A DNA stretch of 63,981 nt, counting the filler, from an uncultured bacterium (GTDB lineage Bacteria > CAYJOG01): the NCBI GenBank assembly GCA_964371695.1. It is 19 parts of 19 records of this genome, joined end to end, with 100 filler letters (N's around TTAATTAATTAA, not from the genome) between each part and the next. Parts side by side here need not be neighbours in the genome. Positions count along the whole stretch, not along the records: positions 27,862 to 31,196 come from CAYJOG010000393.1; positions 31,297 to 34,628 come from CAYJOG010000394.1; positions 34,729 to 38,047 come from CAYJOG010000395.1; positions 38,148 to 41,460 come from CAYJOG010000396.1; 15 more parts are not named here. One strand, given 5' to 3'. A program made the position numbers and the translations under genes. Below, in pieces: positions 30,272 to 39,925 of the stretch (the stretch's first letter is position 1; each line of letters opens with the position of its first letter). The notes under the pieces are model-generated. The model searched no databases. It had not been told where the DNA came from and saw only the letters and a program-made list of their open reading frames with translations.

Positions 30272-31081
30272 ATGGCCAAATCGTTTCTGGATACCCTGCT
30301 GGGTGATCACTCCCTGCCCGTCGAGGAAGTCCCCGTGGCGCGCATCTCCCCCAGCCCCCACCAGCCCCGGCTGATGTTCGACGAAGACGCCCTGAACAGT
30401 CTGGCCGAAAGCATCCGCCGCGTGGGACTCATCAACCCCATCGTGGTGCGCAAAAAGGCCGGTGGTTATGAACTGGTGGCGGGGGAGCGCCGCCTGAGGG
30501 CACACCAGTTGCTGGGCCGCCGCCGCATCGCCGCCTATGTGCGCGAAATGGACGAAGCCACCACCATCGAAATCACCCTGGTGGAAAACATCCAGCGCGA
30601 GAGCCTCACGCCCATGGAAGAAGCCCGCGCCATCAGCCGCCTCATGTCCTTGCAGCAACTGAACCAGACCCGCGCCGCGCAAAAGGTGGGCCGCAGCCCT
30701 CGTCAGGTGGCCACGCTGCTCAGGCTGCTGAGTCTGGACCCGGTGGTGCAGGATTTCATTCACAACGGCGAACTGGCGGTGGCCGTGGGGCGTGTGCTGG
30801 CGGACATCAGCGACGTGGCCCTGCAACGGGAGTGGGCCGACAAAGCCCTGGCCCGCCGACTGAGCGCCGAGGCGCTGGCGGCCCTGCTGGCGGCGGGGCC
30901 AGCCGAAGACACCGGCGCACCGCCGCCCCCGCCCGTTCACCGGCATTATTCATCACTGCGTCAGGTCATCGAGCGGCTGAAAAAAGCAGAAGGAACCCAC
31001 GCGGTGGAAGAACGGGACCTGGGCGCATTTGTGGAACTGGTGATTCGCCTGCCCAAGCCCCCAGCAGGGGAAGGGCTGTAG
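30272..31081 (+). CDS. ParB/Spo0J-family partition protein
   Basis: SPHQPR, PIVVR, AGERRLRA and ENIQRE.L.PMEEA motifs plus HTH. Confidence 0.92.
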   Translation: MAKSFLDTLLGDHSLPVEEVPVARISPSPHQPRLMFDEDALNSLAESIRRVGLINPIVVRKKAGGYELVAGERRLRAHQLLGRRRIAAYVREMDEATTIEITLVENIQRESLTPMEEARAISRLMSLQQLNQTRAAQKVGRSPRQVATLLRLLSLDPVVQDFIHNGELAVAVGRVLADISDVALQREWADKALARRLSAEALAALLAAGPAEDTGAPPPPPVHRHYSSLRQVIERLKKAEGTHAVEERDLGAFVELVIRLPKPPAGEGL

Positions 31082-31296
31082 GCGGCTCATTGTAGCCTGC
31101 AGGCGGTTTGTTTTGGTTGGCCTTGCCTGAATATTGGTGGACTTCGCCCCCCTAACCCCCCACTGGGAGGACTTCGCCCCCCACACCCCCCTCTCCNNNN
31201 NNNNNNNNNNNNNNNNNNNNNNNNNNNNNNNNNNNNNNNNTTAATTAATTAANNNNNNNNNNNNNNNNNNNNNNNNNNNNNNNNNNNNNNNNNNNN

Positions 31297-31425
31297 CTGG
31301 CAGACCTGGCCCGCCTGCTGGTGGAAAACGGCGCAGACCAGACCCTGGCGGACACCGAGGGCTACACCCCCCGCCACCGCGCCGAGGCCTATGAACACGC
31401 CGATGTGCTGGCGGCGCTGGGATAA
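31297..31425 (+). CDS. Ankyrin-repeat protein, C-terminal fragment
   Basis: Manual translation ARLLVENGADQTLADTEGYTPRHRA..H.DV matches the ankyrin consensus. Confidence 0.75.
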   Translation: MADLARLLVENGADQTLADTEGYTPRHRAEAYEHADVLAALG

Positions 31426-31494
31426 CAGGGACTTTCACCACACCCTGAATATTATGAATATTCAGATTTCTTTGAACATTCATCGGCCTCACTT

Positions 31495-31720
31495 GCCCTC
31501 TCCCTGAGGGAGAGGGCGGACGAGGGCTGAGCGAAGCGAAACCCGAGGCGGGTGTGGGGGTGGGCGGCGGTGGGCTTCGGCAACCAACCCCTGGGGGGGG
31601 TGGGGGGGAAAGCCTGGAATCCAAAAAGTCCAGCCTTTGGCCCATGACGCCTTTCCCCCTCACCCGACCGCGACCTCACTGCGTTTCGTCGCGGTCTGCC
31701 CTCTCCCTCAGGGAGAGGGC
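31495..31720. repeat. Inverted pair of family A units
   Basis: Both units are reverse-complement homologs of those at 38587-38764. Confidence 0.88.
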
Positions 31721-31840
31721 AAATGATGCCGCTCAGGTTCACAAACCAAACAGAGGAAACCCAGATTGGTGGACCGGGTGGAAAAACGGTGATGGGAAGA
31801 CAAGGTGGGGTGGTGTGAATTGGTATTAAACTGACAGGCC

Positions 31841-33187
31841 ATGATCATCATTCCCAGCCAGGGTGTGGTCACGCCGCCGGTGGGGGCGGACAAAACGACT
31901 CCCGCCGGGGGGCGCGCCCGTGCGGGCATGTTCGGCCAGACGCTCACCAACCGGGTGCTCAGCGCCCAGTTGCTCATGGACATGGCCCGCGTGTCGCCTT
32001 TTCAGGCCGCCGAAGAAGAAGACCGCAACCACCGCAAGTTCCGGCGGCTCAACCGGCAGTCCCTGCGGCTGCATCAGGCCCTGCTGCCCCTGGTGAGCGC
32101 CGATGCGCAGGTGAGCGTGTTTGGTGCGCGGGAGTTGCTGAGTTCCGACGGCTCGGTGATTGGCGGCGACGTGAAGCGCGGCGCGCCGGTGCGCCATTAC
32201 ACCGTCATGGTGCATCAACTGGCATTGCCCATGCGCGTGCAGAGTGATCATCTGCCCGCCAAGGGCCTGCCCCCCGTGGCCGTGGGCGCGCACCCGTTCA
32301 AGCTCAGGCTCGAAGGCTCCATCTATCCGCTGCAGGTAGAGATTTTTGGCGCGGACACCAGCCAGATGGTGTTCCAGAAAATCATCCAGTCGCTGCGCCC
32401 CTTCGAAAAACGCCTGCTGGCCCAGACCCGCATCCGCAACGAAAAAACCCGCCTGGAACTGAAAACCACCTTCACCGGCGACAAGGCTGCCTTTGACCTG
32501 AAAGACGGCCCCGATGGTTTTCTGGAAAAACTGGGGCTGACGACACACCGGCCCCAGCGGGGTGAGTCGGGCGGCGTGGTGCACCGGGCGCAGGACGCCG
32601 TGATCGAGCTGGACGGAGAAACCATCCAGAACGACGGCAACGAGTTTGACCTGGTGGAAAAACGGGGCCTGAAGCTGCGGGCCATGGCGCTTTCGCTGCG
32701 GGGGCCCATCACGCTGGAGGTGCGCCGCCCCGAGCGCGACGTGGTGCGGCAGTTCTCGAAACTTTCCAGGGAGCTGAACGAGCATCTGGTGTTTCTTGGC
32801 AACGAAGACAACCGCCTGCTCAATCAGGTGTATCACCGCTACAACCAGTTTCTGGAAAGTTTCACCACCCATGGCCACGCCCTGGCGGGGCTGATGTATC
32901 AGGATGGCCGTCTGGCGCTGGATGAAGAAGCCCTGCGCCGGGCCCTGAAGGACGTGCCGGGGGAAGTGGAACACCTGATGAGCGGCCCCGAAAGCGACAG
33001 CCTGGGGCTGTATGACGAAATCAATTCGGTGCTGGACACCCCCATGGCTTTGGGCGAAAGCCGTGCGGTGTTTCAGGCCCCCCTCAAATACAATCCCCTG
33101 GTGGTTTTTCTCACCACCAGCAGCCCGTTTCTGAGCACAGCGCTCATTGCCCAGACAGAGGGCTTTTTTGTAAATCTCTTTGCGTGA
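31841..33187 (+). CDS. FliD-like (flagellar cap) protein, divergent
   Basis: V.QLA, AQDAVIELDG..I....N and DGRL.LDEEALRRAL segments resemble FliD motifs. Confidence 0.65.
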   Translation: MIIIPSQGVVTPPVGADKTTPAGGRARAGMFGQTLTNRVLSAQLLMDMARVSPFQAAEEEDRNHRKFRRLNRQSLRLHQALLPLVSADAQVSVFGARELLSSDGSVIGGDVKRGAPVRHYTVMVHQLALPMRVQSDHLPAKGLPPVAVGAHPFKLRLEGSIYPLQVEIFGADTSQMVFQKIIQSLRPFEKRLLAQTRIRNEKTRLELKTTFTGDKAAFDLKDGPDGFLEKLGLTTHRPQRGESGGVVHRAQDAVIELDGETIQNDGNEFDLVEKRGLKLRAMALSLRGPITLEVRRPERDVVRQFSKLSRELNEHLVFLGNEDNRLLNQVYHRYNQFLESFTTHGHALAGLMYQDGRLALDEEALRRALKDVPGEVEHLMSGPESDSLGLYDEINSVLDTPMALGESRAVFQAPLKYNPLVVFLTTSSPFLSTALIAQTEGFFVNLFA

Positions 33188-33232
33188 AACAGATTGGGTG
33201 AACAGCGAGCTTTTCAGGACAGGGAGAAAAAA

Positions 33233-34537
33233 ATGGCGTTGGGATTTCAAACCAATCACGTGCGGGTGCCTCTGGAGATCAACAAAACCGTGGCGGTGAT
33301 TCTGGCGGGGGGGCGGGGGAGCCGGTTGCAGGAACTCACCCACACCTGCCCCAAACCGGGGCTGGATTTTGGCGGCAAGTTCAAGATCATCGATTTCGCT
33401 CTCAGCAACTGCATCAACAGCGGCGTGCGGCGTGTGGCCGTGCTCACGCAATATCACTCCCAGGTCATTCTGGGGCACCTCAGCCGGGGCTGGAACTTTC
33501 TGAAGGGCGAGTTCAACGAGTTTCTGGACGTGTTGCCCGCCCAGGAAACCCTGTCCGGCGGCCAGTGGTACACCGGCACCGCCCACGCGCTTTATACCAA
33601 CCTGCCGCGCCTGCGGGAATATGGCGCACGCCACGTGCTGGTGCTGGCGGGCGACCACATCTACAAAATGAACTACAGCATTTTTCTGGAGGAGCACCTG
33701 GCCAGCGGGGCCGACGTGACCATCGCCTGCCACGAGGTGCCCAGCCACGAGGCCACGGGTTTTGGTGTGATGCAGACCGACGCCACGGGCCGTGTGCTGC
33801 GGTTTCTGGAAAAACCAAAACGCCCGCCTTCCATGCCCGGCAAACCGGGGGTGTGTCTGGCCAGCATGGGCATTTATCTTTTCAGCGCGCCGTTTCTGTT
33901 CAGCCTGCTTGAAGAAGACGCCGCCAACCCCCACAGCAGCCACGACTTTGGCAAGGACATCATGCCCAGACTGGCGGACAAGGGGCTGGCGCTGGCCCAT
34001 TCCTTTGCCCGCAGTTGTGTGAGCGGCACGCGCCACAATCCCATTTACTGGAAGGACGTGGGCACGCTGGATGCTTTTTGGGAAGCCAACCTGGACCTGA
34101 CGCGCATCGAGCCGGAACTGAACATGTACGATTTCGACTGGCCCATCTACACCTATCAGGGGCAGTTGCCCAGCGCCAAGTTCGTGTTCGCCAACAAGTC
34201 CCGCAGTGGCCGCGCCATGGACAGTCTGGTGGCCGACGGCTGCATTCTTTCAGGCGCGCTGGCCGAGAAGTCCATTCTGTTCAGCAAGGTGCATGTGCAT
34301 TCCTACGCCAAGCTGAGTGAGTCCGTGGTGTTGCCCGACGTGGACATCGCCCGTCACGCCCGCCTGCACCGGGTGATTGTGGGCCGGGGCTGCCGCGTGC
34401 CCGCTGGTCTGGTGGTGGGCAAAGATCCCAAAGAAGACGCCCGGTGGTTCACCCGCACCCCCGGCGGCGTCACCCTCATCACACAGGCCATGCTCGACAA
34501 ACGGGCGGCGGCTCTGGCGAGAACCGGCAGGCGGTAA
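33233..34537 (+). CDS. glgC: Glucose-1-phosphate adenylyltransferase
   Basis: LAGGRGSRL, FGGKFKIIDF.LSN, GDHIYKM, SMGIY, DFGKD and YW.DVGT motifs. Confidence 0.97.
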   Translation: MALGFQTNHVRVPLEINKTVAVILAGGRGSRLQELTHTCPKPGLDFGGKFKIIDFALSNCINSGVRRVAVLTQYHSQVILGHLSRGWNFLKGEFNEFLDVLPAQETLSGGQWYTGTAHALYTNLPRLREYGARHVLVLAGDHIYKMNYSIFLEEHLASGADVTIACHEVPSHEATGFGVMQTDATGRVLRFLEKPKRPPSMPGKPGVCLASMGIYLFSAPFLFSLLEEDAANPHSSHDFGKDIMPRLADKGLALAHSFARSCVSGTRHNPIYWKDVGTLDAFWEANLDLTRIEPELNMYDFDWPIYTYQGQLPSAKFVFANKSRSGRAMDSLVADGCILSGALAEKSILFSKVHVHSYAKLSESVVLPDVDIARHARLHRVIVGRGCRVPAGLVVGKDPKEDARWFTRTPGGVTLITQAMLDKRAAALARTGRR

Positions 34538-34572
34538 ATCATTTGTCAGAAGCTTGTGATATCCAACATCAT

Positions 34573-34622
34573 TCCCTCTCCCCTTTATGGGGAGAGGAAG
34601 CCCCGAAGGGGCAGGTGAGGGG
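34573..34622. repeat. Repeat family A unit at contig end
   Basis: CCCTCTCCCCTTTATGGGGAGAGG...GGTGAGGGG. Confidence 0.8.
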
Positions 34623-34728
34623 TTATTCNNNNNNNNNNNNNNNNNNNNNNNNNNNNNNNNNNNNNNNNNNNNTTAATTAATTAANNNNNNNNNNNNNNNN
34701 NNNNNNNNNNNNNNNNNNNNNNNNNNNN

Positions 34729-34878
34729 GCCTTTGGCGCGGTTGATGCTCCCGGCGGGACGCCGGGGCTACCTCAAAAAACCCTCGATAATCTGGGACTT
34801 TTCTCACAAACCTGACAGCAATGACGGCGATGTCCTCATGGCTGTCATAAAAAAGCGCGGTGCGGACACCGCGCCTAC
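34729..34878. repeat. GTAG-type REP cluster at contig start
   Basis: CTCCCGGCGGGACGCCGGGGCTAC and GCGCGGTGCGGACACCGCGCCTAC; homologous to the 7020-7271 region. Confidence 0.8.
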
Positions 34879-34902
34879 TCCGCAGACACGATTCGCTTCT
34901 GT

Positions 34903-37041
34903 TTAAACCGGTTTGCCAATCAGCATGAGGCAGGGCGTTTCGGGGGGCAGTTCGGCGGTTTCCACGCCCGACAGACTCACAGCCGGACCCAGGCCCCCCA
35001 CGGCGCTCAGGTCAATGAGTTTGTGGGCCGCCAGCACCCAGGCGGCGGGGGCCTCCTGCCCGGCGTCGCCGTAGTGGCTCTGTTTTTCCAGCAGGTTTTG
35101 CAGTTCCGTTTTGAGTGTCCCGCACGTAGCGGTCCCCAGCACGGGGTTTTCCACCATCACGCGCATCACGCCGGTGCGCTCGGCCACCACCGCCACCCGC
35201 CGTGTGGTTTTGCCCAGGCCCAGAAACCGCTTCCGTGCTTCGCTGGCCAGGGCCACCACAAAGCTGTCGTTTTCAAACACCGGCTCAAAGGTGTCGGGCG
35301 TGAAACCCAGCAGGGGGGCGACGTGTTTGAGCAGGCCGGGGGTGTCCAACTGGCTGGTGTCCTGTGTGGCGTCGGTGCTGCCCACGGCCTCGGCGCGAAT
35401 CAGGTTTTGTGTGGTGTCCACCGTCACCTGCACGGTGATGGTTTCGGGCCGCGCCCCCATGCGCACCGCGCCCTGCAGGGCCTCCTGGCGAATGGCCAGC
35501 AAATCGGCCTCGGTGGGCTGGGGCATGTTGCGCTCCACGGTTTCCTTCACCGCCGCCAGGGCTGCGCCAATGGCGCTGATGACCTCGGCGTGGGGCACGA
35601 GTTCTTCTTTCATGCCCAGGTCAACCGCCACCGCGCCGGTGTAGGCATAGGCCCCGCCGCCGCCCCAGGCCAGCACCAGGCGAGATTTGTCCAGGTTTTG
35701 TTCCTTGAGCAAATTCTCTACAAAACCNNNNNNNNNNCTGCGGCTGAGGGAATCCAGATTTTTGAGAAGCGCCTCTGGGGTCTGGCCCAGGGCCTGGGCG
35801 GCAGCGGCCACCACGGCGGGCAGTGTGCTGGCGGTGGCGCTGGCGGGTGTGCCGGGGCCGATGCGCCCCAGGGCGCTGGCCACACAGGTGGGGGTCAGTG
35901 TGATGTGCTGTTCCTTCAGGTCCACCACCGCCAGATAAGACTGGCCCTGGTGGCGGTGGTCGTGCTGCGGGGCAAAAGTGACCGGCTCCTGGGCCTGGGT
36001 GAAACTGGCGTAACCCAGCCCGGCGATGTGGGCGCTGCGGGGGCCAACGTCCACGGGTCGGTTGTTTTCAAGGGAATACAACGAGCCGCCCGCCAGTCCC
36101 TCGGTGGTCACGTCCACTGTTTTGAGGTGCAGGCGGTGGCCCCCCACGCGGGCGGTTTTCAGCCGCGCCCGGCCCCCCAATATCACGCTCATGTCGGTGC
36201 TGGTGCCGCCCACTTCCATGAACACCGCTTGGCTCAGGCGCGAGAACTTCACCGCCGCCGCCACACCCGCCGCCGGGCCGCTCAGCAGCGTGAGGATGGG
36301 CCTGCGGCGCATCTCTGAGAGGCTCATCATGCCGCCATCGCTGCGCACCACCATCAAGGGGGCCAAAAGGCCGCTTTCGGCCAGCGCGCGGGCAGTGAGT
36401 TCGGCGGTGCTGGTCATGACGGGCAGAATGGCGGCGTTGATCACGGCGGTGCGCAGGCGCGCCTTGAGGCCATAGAGGCTGCTCACGTGGTGGGTGGCGG
36501 TGGCGGGCAGCCCCATTTCCAGCGCCAGCGTCACCACCCGTTCTTCCACGGCGGGGTTGTCCACCGAATAGGCCTGGGCGGCCACCAGCGCCCTGGCCCC
36601 CTGGGCGCGCAGGGCCTCGATGGCCTGGCGCAGGTCTTCATCAGAGGGTTCATCCTGGGGCAGAAAAAGAGGATGGGTGGGCACGGCGTGATCTTTGCCC
36701 AGGGGCACGTTGCCCAGTTGGGTGTCGGCTTTCACCTTTTGGCCCAGCACGCCACCCCCCATGGCCAATATGCCCACGGGGGCCACGTCACCCTCCAGCA
36801 GGGCGTTGGTGGCCTGGGTGGTGCTGTGGGCGATGAGCGAAATATCCGCCGGGTTGAGGCCGCTTTTTTCCAGCGCCAGACGGGCGGCCAGGATGATGCC
36901 CTCGGCCACGCCATTGGGGTGACGGTGGGTGGTGGGGGTGCGCTGGCTGGTGATGAGCTGCGGCCCCGGCGTGGCCACAATCACGGCGTGGGTGAAGGTG
37001 CCCCCCACGTCAATGCCCATCTTGTAAAGGGGGTGGCTCAT
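34903..37041 (-). CDS. Hydantoinase A/oxoprolinase family protein (10-N gap at 35728-35737)
   Basis: GIDVGGTFT, STT.ATNALLE, SDGG, LSGPAAG and EVGGTSTD motifs. Confidence 0.9.
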   Translation of the reverse strand: MSHPLYKMGIDVGGTFTHAVIVATPGPQLITSQRTPTTHRHPNGVAEGIILAARLALEKSGLNPADISLIAHSTTQATNALLEGDVAPVGILAMGGGVLGQKVKADTQLGNVPLGKDHAVPTHPLFLPQDEPSDEDLRQAIEALRAQGARALVAAQAYSVDNPAVEERVVTLALEMGLPATATHHVSSLYGLKARLRTAVINAAILPVMTSTAELTARALAESGLLAPLMVVRSDGGMMSLSEMRRRPILTLLSGPAAGVAAAVKFSRLSQAVFMEVGGTSTDMSVILGGRARLKTARVGGHRLHLKTVDVTTEGLAGGSLYSLENNRPVDVGPRSAHIAGLGYASFTQAQEPVTFAPQHDHRHQGQSYLAVVDLKEQHITLTPTCVASALGRIGPGTPASATASTLPAVVAAAAQALGQTPEALLKNLDSLSRXXXXGFVENLLKEQNLDKSRLVLAWGGGGAYAYTGAVAVDLGMKEELVPHAEVISAIGAALAAVKETVERNMPQPTEADLLAIRQEALQGAVRMGARPETITVQVTVDTTQNLIRAEAVGSTDATQDTSQLDTPGLLKHVAPLLGFTPDTFEPVFENDSFVVALASEARKRFLGLGKTTRRVAVVAERTGVMRVMVENPVLGTATCGTLKTELQNLLEKQSHYGDAGQEAPAAWVLAAHKLIDLSAVGGLGPAVSLSGVETAELPPETPCLMLIGKPV

Positions 37042-37790
37042 GGGGCTGCGGTCTGGGTCTGGATGCGGCGCAAAAGAATTTCCTCCAGCACCGCCACGTC
37101 CTCTGACGTGTTGGCCCCCAGCACTTCGGTTTCGTCCACACACACCGCCTGCACCGAGAGGCCCTCTGACAGAAAAATCCCCACCAGATCGGTGATGTAG
37201 TACTCGCCCTGGGAGTTGTTCTGTCCCAGGCTGTCCAGATGGGCCAGCAGGGTGGGGGTGCGGAAGAGATACATGCCGCCGTTCATTTCGCCCACCGCCA
37301 GTTGATCGGGCGTGGCGTCTTTGGCCTCTACCACGCCGGTCACGCGGCCCTGGGTGTCGCGCAGCACGCGGCCATAGGGCTGGGGACTGCTGGGGCGGAT
37401 GGACAAAAACACAAGGTCGCGGTTCTGGTCTGCTTCGTCAAACAGCGCCCGCAGGGCAGCGGGTGTGAGCAGGGGGCAGTCGCCGTTGAGCACCAGCGTG
37501 TAGGGGTAGGGGGCGATGGTTTCGCGGGCCATCATCACGGCGTGGCCGGTGCCCAGTTGTTCGGTCTGTTCGGCATAGACATAACCCGGCCCCAGTTCGT
37601 CACGCACCGCCTGCTGCATGTGGCCCACCACCAGCACCACGCGGGTCAGGCCAGCGGCCTGACAGGTGTCCAGCACATATCGCACCATGGGTCGGCCCAG
37701 CACGGGCGCCAGCACTTTGGGCAGGGGAGATTTCATGCGTTTGCCCTGGCCCGCCGCCAGAATGACGGCAATTACGTCAGCGGGATTCAT
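37038..37790 (-). CDS. GlmU-like uridylyltransferase domain only
   Basis: ILAAGQGKRMKS.LPKVL, QLGTGHAV, YGRV, VEAKDA and QGEYYITD motifs; ends at 250 aa with no left-handed beta-helix. Confidence 0.9.
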   Translation of the reverse strand: MNPADVIAVILAAGQGKRMKSPLPKVLAPVLGRPMVRYVLDTCQAAGLTRVVLVVGHMQQAVRDELGPGYVYAEQTEQLGTGHAVMMARETIAPYPYTLVLNGDCPLLTPAALRALFDEADQNRDLVFLSIRPSSPQPYGRVLRDTQGRVTGVVEAKDATPDQLAVGEMNGGMYLFRTPTLLAHLDSLGQNNSQGEYYITDLVGIFLSEGLSVQAVCVDETEVLGANTSEDVAVLEEILLRRIQTQTAAP

Positions 37791-37855
37791 GGCCGGGAAT
37801 TATGCGTCATGGCGTTGGTTGTGCCAAGTCTATGGAATAGGCTAGGCTGGGGCCG

Positions 37856-38047
37856 TTGTCCGGTCCTGACTCCACCACCGGCCCAAGCCTTCAGGTGATG
37901 GCCCCCGCTTTTAACGAAGAAGACACCATCGAGCGATTTGTGGCGGCCTGGCGGGCCGTGCTCAGCACCATGGCCAGCGAAGGTGTGCTGGGAGACTGGC
38001 GGCTGATGGTGATTGACGACGGCAGCACCGACGACACACTCCCCATG
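37856..38047 (+). CDS. Glycosyltransferase family 2, N-terminal fragment
   Basis: PAFNEE..I and VIDDGSTDDT motifs. Confidence 0.8.
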
Positions 38048-38147
38048 NNNNNNNNNNNNNNNNNNNNNNNNNNNNNNNNNNNNNNNNNNNNTTAATTAAT
38101 TAANNNNNNNNNNNNNNNNNNNNNNNNNNNNNNNNNNNNNNNNNNNN

Positions 38148-38540
38148 GGGGAGTTGTGCGCGATTTTCCCAGAGGGGCGCATCAAGCACTGGGTGGGGTC
38201 TGATGCGCTGACGCGCTTCAAGCCGGGGGCCGCCCGCGTGGCCGCCATGGCGGGCGCGCCCATTGTGCCCGCCGCCCTTTATGGCACCCGCTGGGCCGTG
38301 CCCAACGTGGTGGGCCTGGGGGGCTTCAAACCCGACGGCACCGTGATTGACGTGAACTACTGGGCCCCCATTCCCCTGCCCAGCAAGGTGCTGGTGAAGT
38401 TTGGCGAACCCATGGACGTGGACCCCAAAGCCGCCACCGACACCAAGGTGGCCATCCGTGAAGTGGAGCGCCTGCGCAAACGCATTTTCGCCCTGCGCCA
38501 GGAACTCAAACACCGCTACAAAGGCCCGCTGGGGCGCTGA
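38148..38540 (+). CDS. Lysophospholipid acyltransferase (PlsC-like), C-terminal part
   Basis: IFPEG, FKPGAA, PIVP and V.FGEP motifs. Confidence 0.85.
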   Translation, partial: GELCAIFPEGRIKHWVGSDALTRFKPGAARVAAMAGAPIVPAALYGTRWAVPNVVGLGGFKPDGTVIDVNYWAPIPLPSKVLVKFGEPMDVDPKAATDTKVAIREVERLRKRIFALRQELKHRYKGPLGR

Positions 38541-38586
38541 GCCGAGCCACCCCGGTGTACACAAAAGGCTTCTTGGGCAATCCTTT

Positions 38587-38764
38587 GCCCTCTCCCTGAG
38601 GGAGAGGGCAGACCGCGACTGAACAACGTGAGGTCGTGGTCGGGTGAGGGGGAAAGACATCACGGGCCAAAGCCTGGATTTTTCACGTTTCGGGCTTGCC
38701 CCCTCACCCGCCTCGGGTTTCGTTTTACTCAACCCTCGTCCGCCCTCTCCCTCAGGGAGAGGGC
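38587..38764. repeat. Inverted pair of family A units
   Basis: GCCCTCTCCCT(G/C)AGGGAGAGGGC at both ends, between convergent genes. Confidence 0.9.
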
Positions 38765-38801
38765 ATTTTTCGAGCCCTTTTCCAAACACCCAAGGCGAGT
38801 T

Positions 38802-39638
38802 TTAAGCCGAACACCGGTCCCGGACTTTTCGCCCAGCCCACAACACCCCCTGCTGCAACAGGAACACCCCCGCCCCCAGCAACACCGCCGTGGCCCCGGG
38901 GGGCAGGTCTGGCCCATAGGCCACCCCCAGCCCCCCCACGGTGAACAGCCCGCAGAACACACCCGCCAGCACCATGGCCACGCCCAGCCGCCGCGTGAGT
39001 TGCAGCGCCATGGCGGCGGGCAGCGACACCAACGCCACCACCAGCACCAACCCGGCCACGCGCATCAGCACCACCACCGCCACCGACACCAGCGACAGCA
39101 TCAGGCCGTTCAGCCACACCACGGGCAGGCCCTGCAACCGGGCGTGTTCCTCGTCAAAACCCAACGCCAGAAACTGGTTTTTGAACATCCAGAAACAAAA
39201 CCCCACCCCCGCGCTCAACAACGCCATCCAGCGCAGTTCTCCCTGGCTCACCAGCAACAGGTTGCCAAAAAGAAACGACTGCAGATCGGCCTGATAACCC
39301 GGCAGGCGTGAGAGCAGCAGCACCCCCACCGCCATGCCCACGGCCCAGATTGCGCCCACGATGGCATCCTGCCACGGCAGTTTTTTCTGATGCAGCACCG
39401 TGATGAGAACCGCGCAGACCACCGCCGCCACCAGCGCGCCGCCAAAAGTGTCCTGGCCTGTCACCGCCGCCACCCCCACACCCGCCAGCACGGCGTGGGC
39501 GATGGAACCAGCCAGAAACGTGATGCGCCGCACCACCACATAAGGCCCCACCAAACCGCACACCACGCTTGCCAGCACGCTGGCCATCACCGCTCGCTGT
39601 AAAAACCCGTGCTCGGCCAGGGCGTCAATGAACCCCAT
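38802..39638 (-). CDS. znuB: Zn/Mn ABC transporter permease
   Basis: G.YVVVRR.TF.AGSIAHA.L.G, FLFGN, FDEE.A and LP.GAT motifs. Confidence 0.88.
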   Translation of the reverse strand: MGFIDALAEHGFLQRAVMASVLASVVCGLVGPYVVVRRITFLAGSIAHAVLAGVGVAAVTGQDTFGGALVAAVVCAVLITVLHQKKLPWQDAIVGAIWAVGMAVGVLLLSRLPGYQADLQSFLFGNLLLVSQGELRWMALLSAGVGFCFWMFKNQFLALGFDEEHARLQGLPVVWLNGLMLSLVSVAVVVLMRVAGLVLVVALVSLPAAMALQLTRRLGVAMVLAGVFCGLFTVGGLGVAYGPDLPPGATAVLLGAGVFLLQQGVLWAGRKVRDRCSA

Positions 39639-39925
39639 GATCATTGCTCCACAGTTGAGACACACCAGCCGTTTGGCACCATCCAGCGCCAGAGGCCATG
39701 GATGGCCGCCCCCGCCGCCGGTTCAGCGCGGGGGGCGAAAACACGAAATCACTCATCAAAATAAAAACCAACAAAACCCCTTTGTCTTTTTTGGGTGGGG
39801 CTGGACCGTGCGGCGTTGTTCGTAAGGTTTCACGGATGAAACCGGCGAACCAATAATAAAAATGGGCAACTTCTTTTCGCCTAGTGACCCGGTAGAACAC
39901 ATCATGCACAAATGTGACAACCATG

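Noticed and set aside
35728-35737. Possible disruption of the hydantoinase gene
   Set aside because: It is a scaffold gap of Ns with the frame maintained, so it is not evidence of a pseudogene.
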